Part shown: positions 36,301-43,700 of the stretch, one piece after another
Layout: each line of letters starts with the position of its first letter
Numbering within the stretch: position 1 is the first letter of the stretch
Assembly (NCBI RefSeq): GCF_964194155.1
Contig: NW_027596098.1
Coordinates: 826,301-870,000, forward strand
DNA length: 43,700 bases
Source: Cetorhinus maximus
Lineage: Eukaryota
Direction of reading: 5' to 3'
Translations under genes and position numbers: made by a program
The notes under the pieces: model-generated
The model's input: only the letters and a program-made list of their open reading frames with translations
The model's database searches: none
Told to the model about the DNA's origin: nothing

Positions 36301-38299
36301 TACATGCAACAAGCAGTACGCAGAGCTCTGCGTATCCTGAATCATTGGATCAGATCTAAGCTCGGCAATCCTATCGCATCCAGTGCCGAATGGGGGAAAA
36401 TTTAACAGCTCCTTGGCGTCTGTGGTTCCACCAATATCCCACCCTCAATGATGAGGTGCCATGACATTAGTGCATAAACAAGGCAGAAGCAATTGCAGCC
36501 ATCTTATGCTGGAATTGCCGAGTGGATGATAGATCTCCAAAACCTCCAGATTTTCCATAGCTTTGCAGGTGCTTGTTTTCAGCCAAATCGATGGGCCCCA
36601 CGTGATATCAAGAAACTGCTAAATGGGCTAGACGATGCAAACATTTTGGGTTCTGAAAACATTCAGCATTAGCACTGATGATTTGTGCTCCAGAACTTTC
36701 TTTCCCCAGACAAGTTGTTCCAGTACATCGTCAATACCGGCATTTACCAGCGATATGGGAAACTAACCAATTTTTTCCTGTACACAGTAAAATAGGAGAA
36801 ATCCAAACCCACCAATTACCACTCTATCAGCCTATTGTAAAACCGTGAGACGATGGCATTGTGGTACTTCGGAAGCAGTCTGTAATGCTGTGTGGCGTGG
36901 TGGGGGGGGGGGGGGGGGGGGGGGTGGGGGGGTGGGGGGGGGGTGGGGTCGCAGGATTCAAATCCACCGTCAGGACATTTACCTGATGATAATGACCACC
37001 ACTGTTCTTTATTGTTTTTTTAAGGAATTTTGGTTCACTAATGATTCCTTTTTTGGGCAGAAAATCAGTCATTACCACTTACTATGTCCTGCATGTGGTT
37101 GCAGATTCTCAGCAATGTGCCTGAAACTTAAATGCCCACTAAACAAGACAATACATTCGCATTGACGCTCATTTCGTGTTCCGCCTTTATCACTTAACTC
37201 TGAACCTCTGGTTGCAAGCATGGGCATAATAGCTGAGCACTCGAGGTCAGGTGAGAGAAAATGGCCTTGAAGTAATGACCGCATTTGACTGAGTGTGGCT
37301 TCAAGGGATCCCAACAAAATTCGATTGAATTTGAATGAGGGTGAAAACTATCCATTGGTTGGTGTCATTCCTAGCTTAAAGGAAGATGGTTGTGGCTGTT
37401 GGACATAAGGCATCTCAGCTACAGAATATCACTGCAGGAGTGCCTCCGGGGATTTTGCTCGGCCCAACCATCTTCAGCTGCTTAATCAATGACCTTCCTC
37501 CCATCATAAGGTCCGAAGTGATTTTCGCTGATGTTTGGACAATGTCCAGCACCATTCAAGTCTCAACAGATACTGAAGACGTCCATGCCTAAATGCAGCA
37601 AAACCTCAGCAATATCCAAGTGTGAACTAATAATTCAATCACAAAATCCAAGTCGATTAACAGATAACATGCCCGTAATGAGAGAGCTGGTACTCAGCAA
37701 CAAGAGGGTGATAACCACGTAATGGTGTTTGCCATTATTATTGTTTTCCGCTAATATTGAGCAGGACTGGAATCGGGGAAACTGATAAGGCAAAGAGGAT
37801 ACCATTGCTTTCTCTCCCTGATGGAGCTACACAAATGATTTTTATGGTCCTGACAATTGATCCTAAACATCACTGCTTTGACTTTGGAATAACAAATAAG
37901 TGTTAAGATAAGATAAGATGCACTTATTCATTTAGCAGCTCGTTATTTAGAAATGATCAAAAATAATAAACAAGCAGTTATTACGCAAATATGTTTAAAC
38001 AAACATTAAAATTAAATAGTCTCAGAAGTAGAGTCATAGACACTCGGGACGGTAATTCTGTTACTCCTCACAGATGCTGTCAGATATGATTTTCTTTTTT
38101 TTCACCCAGTGTTTTCCGTTTCTGTTAGAAAGGTGTGGCTACACACATAGACACAAACAATAGGCACGTGGATACTTTTATTTTTTTTAGCGAATACAAA
38201 GCCATGGAGCGAAATAATCATTTCCCATTAGGCGAATTTGGAGCATTGAGTCGCAAGTATGCCTGTGGAGGGGACATCCCTTAGTAGTGTGCAGCAATG

Positions 38300-40150
38300 T
38301 TTGTTTCGCTTCTCAAGCGCGTAAGAGGATGGCACTGAGGCCCCAGCCATTGGCGTTGTCTGCACAGGGACCTGTGTACTGAACATAATTATCAATGGCC
38401 ACTCCCGCCGTGGTAGATAAATGCCTGAAGTTCGATAGTCGGGTGTTAGACAGAAGTAGCTTAAAAGACACTTCTGAAATATCCCAGTCCTTGTCCCAAT
38501 TTATGCCTGCTGGTAGAACATCCTCAGAGAGATTAATCCATGCGGGGCGCCGAGAGGCAAGGTGTGCAGGAGGTGGAATAAAAATATCATTGTTGACTTG
38601 AAAGTGAGGTGCAGCACAGATGTATTCAACTAGCTTAGGGGTTTGTGTCAGTCGGCAGATGATGGGAGATTGAAGCTTGCGAGGGCAGGAAGCAATTTGA
38701 GAGGTGTTGAATAGGGAATTGCAGTTATGGTCTTCATTATTAAATTCATGTGAAATTCATCAAGATGCCAGACAGTTGCACATTACTCTGCTGCGGTGTA
38801 TCATAGGTCAAATGCTGAGACCGAGATTGATTTTGCAGCAGAGCCCAACCTATATTCAGCAAGTTTTATTGTAACACAGTTCTTTTTCTGATTTTGAACT
38901 TTCTTTAAATTTTCCAGAAAGGGCCGAATCTGACCTACAGTCAAACCCAAGTATGTTGTATTGGGCTGATGCTTTAGTCTTTGACTCTACATGCAAACAT
39001 GCAATTCTATGTTGGCAATTCTATTATGAAGATGAATACACTGTACATATTTGAGAATAATTCAAGTCGCCATATGCTGCAGTTGTCCGCAACTTTATTA
39101 AATATTTGTAAAGGATGTGGTGCAGGTTGCAGATGGACGGTGCTTGAGTTGTCAACAGGTGTCATCAGCATTGATTAACTGGACTCGAATTCATGTTTTG
39201 CGAAGGAGCATGTCAAAAACTGCCTTGATCCAGTTAGGAAGCACTCTGGACAGTTTTGGAAGCCGTCTAGCGTGCCACACTGTATGCTTGGCATTTGTCA
39301 GTTCCAGCAGCATCACACCTGGTTGCACTTTTTTTTGGAAGATATTTCCGATGTTCGATGTAAGTGTGCCATAACTTGATCAGATGTGCTGCATCCCTAG
39401 CGGAAACCAGCTTGGTAGATATAAAACATGTTCTCTATATCTGGAAACATGTGTTGCAAAGTAAATGCTCAAAGATCTTAAAGCACACTTCCGACTGTAA
39501 CGAGTGAAATTGAGCCCTGAACTTATTTCCTCCCATCTGGCGCGGCGAGCAACATTTAGAGACTAGATTAGATGGTCTGCTATGTCAGGGCGACCAGATG
39601 ATTCATTTTCCCTGAGGAGTGCTGAGCTCTTTGTGTCAAGGCATGTGACGTAGTTGGGCCATTAGCCACTAGATGTTGTTTTGCAAGCAGCTTTGAAAAT
39701 GGTGCCACAATAGCACTTATATATATCTTCCAGAGTAATGGATTGGATGGGTATAGTTACAGTAATGCGGTCCAAGGACTCGCACTGTTTTTCTCATTTT
39801 ACAGAAGTACCATTGCATCTTTCTTGCACTGCGGATGGTTGGGAAACAAAGTCCAATGTCGGTGAGCGATGGCCTGTGTTGACTAAGTGAGAAATCATCC
39901 AGGATTGTGTTGTGTGTTGGTTAACTGTGACCATCAATGGAAAATGGCCAGCAGAGGCCAGGTGAGTATTCCAGGCCTCATCTAGCTGACTGGAAAGTCT
40001 CTTCCTGATTCAGATCGCCTATCAAGATCATGCCATGTCTGCAGGCCCGTTGAGGGAACTGTTCACCATCAATGTTTGGGGCTCAAGAACCTCAATAATG
40101 TGATGGTTGTTGAAGACCCCCACGTTCGTAGCTGAGTCCAGCTCATCTGG
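38300..40150 (-). mobile_element. RTEX-like remnant (paralogue of 8480-11300, without the Penelope insert)
   Basis: Collinear with copy A, e.g. gtgccacactg (10565/39272), acttgatcag..gtgctgca (10664/39374) and gttgaagac (11255/40109). Confidence 0.75.
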
Positions 40151-40175
40151 CAGAGATTGCTCTTTTCATACACAA

Positions 40176-42629
40176 TCAAGCGTGAACTAGTAAAAGTTCC
40201 TCAAATACAGGAATTGGAATTAAATGTGCCGGCATAATCAGATCCTGTGGTTTCCCTATCGCCCGAAATGTGTGACAGGTTCTACCGAATTGGAATACAT
40301 ATATATGCAGACCAGGCCAATAGAAATATTTGTGCACTTTCTGATTCCTAAATGTCTCCACATCGTAATTACCTGCGTTATTCCCCGGATAATATTTCGA
40401 TTTACAAATGGTGATAAAACCCGATGCTCTTCCTTGCTGCTTTCATTTGCAGAACAACGACACAGCCACCATTTTTTGATTAAAACATTACCATACAGGT
40501 AACAACATTTCGGAATACTTTCTGCCTCTGTTTCTCTGTATGCTGTCTGGTATAACTGTTTAAGTTGTGAGTCATTTTTCTTAACTCGACCACTAGTCTT
40601 AAGCTAAACACCCTGAATGCAGTTTGCTTCAAAATGCCTCCTTGAAATTTCTCATCAAAACTGTATCAGCTTAAAGGACTTAAATATTAGATCCCTGTCT
40701 TTCAATTTCCTGTTCTCCGTGTTACAACCTCTGAGCCTGTGATCATGTTATGACATTCTGGTAAAAATCCTGGTGCTCCTTCTGCAGTACCTATGTTGAA
40801 AACACATTCACAGTGTGCTCACTTCCATAATCAAGACCCGCATATGTGACCCAGCTATATATTTACTCAAAATGAATTGAAACCCTGCAATGGGAATTTT
40901 TTCCATGAACCCAACAATCCCCTTAACTATTTCCACTCAGTCTATAAATTTATCTTCCACAAGGGAATATGTTTAGCATCTCCATGAATCTGACGTACTA
41001 TCACGGGCCCCTGCTCTATGGCTTCTGAACATCATACATCACTGTCCCATAATATGAAGGATTGACTAGCCACTGTGTCTCTTAATATTTTAACATATTT
41101 ACCTACTCCACGCTTTTCTCAAAATATGCCTCCCCATTCAAATGCAATATCATTAATCATGTCGAACATCTGCTGCCAATAACTCCTTTGGGTAAATTGA
41201 GAACACATTTTCACTTCTTTATCTTTTACACATGGTTCATTCATACCTATACGCAAAGCATTGGGCTTTCCTGTGCCTGAACCTCAGAACCCACAGCCCT
41301 TTTCCTTCCATAAATTATATGCACAACAATACTCGCAAAAGATTTCCGATGTAATTTCAAACACACTGCAATTTTGTGTCCGACTTTATGAAACAAATAG
41401 AAGAATATCAATGTCAATATGTCATTTCGACTGCCAGAACCTTCCTTTTTAGTTTGAGGCAAAAACAAAATACTTCCTTGGAATTAGCACCTAGTCCTTG
41501 CATTCCCTGAATACCCACCTTCCCTGTACCTTCCAACTTTCTATCCTCCCCTGATTTCAAAGAGTGACGACAGTAGGTTCAACTACTTGAATTAGCTCAT
41601 AATCATGTGCTATTTCTGCTTCTTGATTTACTGTTGCAGCCTTGTGTTCCCCAACTTGAGTTCTCACTACTGAAGGAATTGAATCCTTTAATTCAATCAA
41701 ACGAATTGCTTCTCTAAAAGCTGTATGTGTTGCCTCTATCGTTAATTGTCATATCCAGGTATCGTCTAATTGTATCTCTGAAACTCGATATAACTTTGCC
41801 CAAACTACTTTTTCATGTCCCTAGCTCCAGTCTCTATTCCTCAGGAACAAACTTGTATGCGCTGGACTTAATCATATTTTTGCACATCATCCTTCATCAA
41901 CAGTTCATATGACAATGGCGCATTAAACTCATGTGCTCTAACAACAACTCAATTTGTAAGAAACATGCCCATTTTCTGTGGCCATTTCCTCTTTTTAGCT
42001 ATGATCTCAAATGGAACAAAGAATGTTTCAAACTTTCGAAAGGTTTGTGTAACTTTGGATACCTCTCCATTGGGTTCTGATTTGGACGTAGGTCAAGTCT
42101 CACCTCTCGGTTTACGTTTTTTACCTGCCAGCCTTTTAAACTGCAATTCTCATTCTCTCTTAATTTCCGATGTTCTGCCTTTCTGCCTCATCCCTTTAAA
42201 ATGACCAATGCCTTTCCTATTTTTTTTCCCTTCTGCAACAGTATTTGAGGATTTTCCAATCAACTGCCCCACCGCCCCTTGGAGAATTCTGTCCCTCGGG
42301 TATTCTGTCCAATTTGAAATGCTACCCAACAACTTCAATATGTGTTATTTTCCTTACCCCTGCAGGGCATTCAAACAATAATTTATCTACCAATAATATT
42401 AAGTTAGATTTACTTACTGATTGTAAACAAACCAAAGGTACAGCTTCAACTCCAAGACAATTCTTAGCAAATGCCCAATTCATATATCAGTCTCACACCT
42501 AAAACAAAATCCTCACACCAAGTCGAGAATTCAAATTGCTTTTCGTACATTAAAACTTAAGTTCGATAAATCCAAACAAATGAAAGAATGAAAGAATTGC
42601 AACTGTATCCTGGAAAGAGCCCGGAATTT
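40176..42629 (-). mobile_element. Gmr1-like Gypsy remnant: PBS-gag-protease-integrase N-terminus
   Basis: SAYKFVPEE (~41837-41864); knuckle remnant FYLFHKVGHKIAVC; KILRDTVASQ (~41062-41091); then, with no intervening RT, the integrase zinc-binding region KYFYWPGLH..RTCHTF..IGKPQ..PAHLIPIPVFEE (ORF 40176-40361). Confidence 0.9.
42607..42626 (-). promoter_or_regulatory. Degenerate tRNA-Pro primer binding site
   Basis: Minus strand ..ataaCA-aaattccgggctctttccaggat versus the canonical TGGGGGCTCGTCCGGGAT. Confidence 0.55.
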
Positions 42630-43266
42630 TGTTATGGCAAGGCCGATCGTTTTCAGCAAATCCAAGATGGAAACCTGAAGCTGCTGCAAAAACTGCTTAG
42701 CAATTTGTTTTTTATTGTTTGACGCGTGTGTTGAATTCAATAATAAAATGTCCACTGAACCTTCGGTATTTATTTACAAAACTATATTAAACATTGATTA
42801 ATGAAATTAAAAAATGGTAAGCTCAAAGATATGCCTGTATATTACCACTATAATAGATTTAAAATCCTCTGAGTAATGTGACTCCCTGTTACACCTCCAT
42901 TAATTCAACAGTAAAAACAAAAATAGATTTCAAAAGACCTTGGATAAGCACACAGAGCACCCTCGACAGGAATATTCCAAGTTAGTTTTCAAAGCTTTGG
43001 TTCTTGCAGTAATAAACCTGATGCATAGAAGCTGGAGGCTATACACATTTTTTTCGATATTAGAAGCCTTCATGTACTTATGCATATCCTTATCACCTTT
43101 ATACATCTTTTTCCCTTTGAATGAAAATTCCAAACTTTCCATATGTCACTGGAATTTAACCTCCTGCTTAAAAAAAAATCATTGATAGCCCTAGTTTTAT
43201 ATGTAATATTTTGGGAATAAAATTAGGCACACTATTTGATGTACGTTCCTTTGCCTAGATGTTACA
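42630..43266 (-). repeat. Probable 5' LTR of the Gypsy element (distal end uncertain)
   Basis: TGTTAT at 42630 adjoins the PBS; candidate distal TGTTACA ends at 42893 or 43266. Confidence 0.4.
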
Positions 43267-43700
43267 TCTCATCCTATCTTTTTAAATTGAAACTTATCTG
43301 ACTTAATTAAAATGCAAATTATCCTTCGAACTTCCACTCTAAAAGTTGAGCTGTTGTTTCTTATTAAGCGTTTCAAAACTAGCATATTTTAACATCAAAA
43401 CCGTCAGGCTAGCTTAATTCCATTAAGCCACACAACCTAACACACGCGATCGCACACACATTAAACAAATCATTATGCATGCGCCTGCATAAAAGTAATA
43501 TATAAGTTGTTATGTTATAGCTTAAATACACACAAGGAATACATGGTTGTGTACAAATCTGCACCATCAATAATGAAAGGTTATGAAACATATAAGAAAT
43601 AAACAAACTTTAAGGTGAACACATATATGAACAAGTATAAAACAAGAGTTTACGTACTCATTCAACAACTTGCTTATTGTTTGTGAGCATTTGTATATGT

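Larger units (their letters stand above)
33010..41900 (+). repeat. Second copy of a diverged direct segmental duplication of ~3650-13600
   Basis: Same order, orientation and junctions: CR1 with nested tail (4741/34262), DeuSINE (5470/34925), RTE (5800-6480/35260-35940), CR1-group LINE with shared interruption (7200/36860), non-TE block gataaccacgtaatg (8008/37710), degenerate hammerhead tail, RTEX, then Gypsy. Confidence 0.85.

Overview
Repeat-dense vertebrate genomic DNA, most likely from a cartilaginous fish (inferred from shark-type CR1/HER1-HE1 3' tails, a DeuSINE-like fragment and shark-type Penelope tails). I see no intact host gene. The window is mostly decayed mobile elements: a Harbinger transposase, CR1-, L2-, RTE- and RTEX-like LINEs, a young Penelope GIY-YIG insertion, two Gmr1-like Gypsy remnants and three tandem-repeat arrays. 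Five observations stand out. (1) A minus-strand endogenous retrovirus remnant (integrase-env-PPT-3'LTR, ~15752-19010) has an env laid out like a paramyxo/pneumovirus F protein, i.e. lokiretrovirus-like. (2) An old direct segmental duplication (~3.65-13.6 kb vs ~33.0-41.9 kb) is shown by shared nested TE junctions. (3) There is a decayed NKp30-like VJ-type Ig exon at 27096-27403 and a possible TIM-like IgV remnant at 3361-3660. (4) Penelope-derived hammerhead ribozyme motifs occur, including a back-to-back pair in a 174-bp insert with a 14-bp TSD. (5) A ~32-nt satellite switches strand midway. All homology calls come from manual translation and motif recognition, not database searches; boundaries are approximate.
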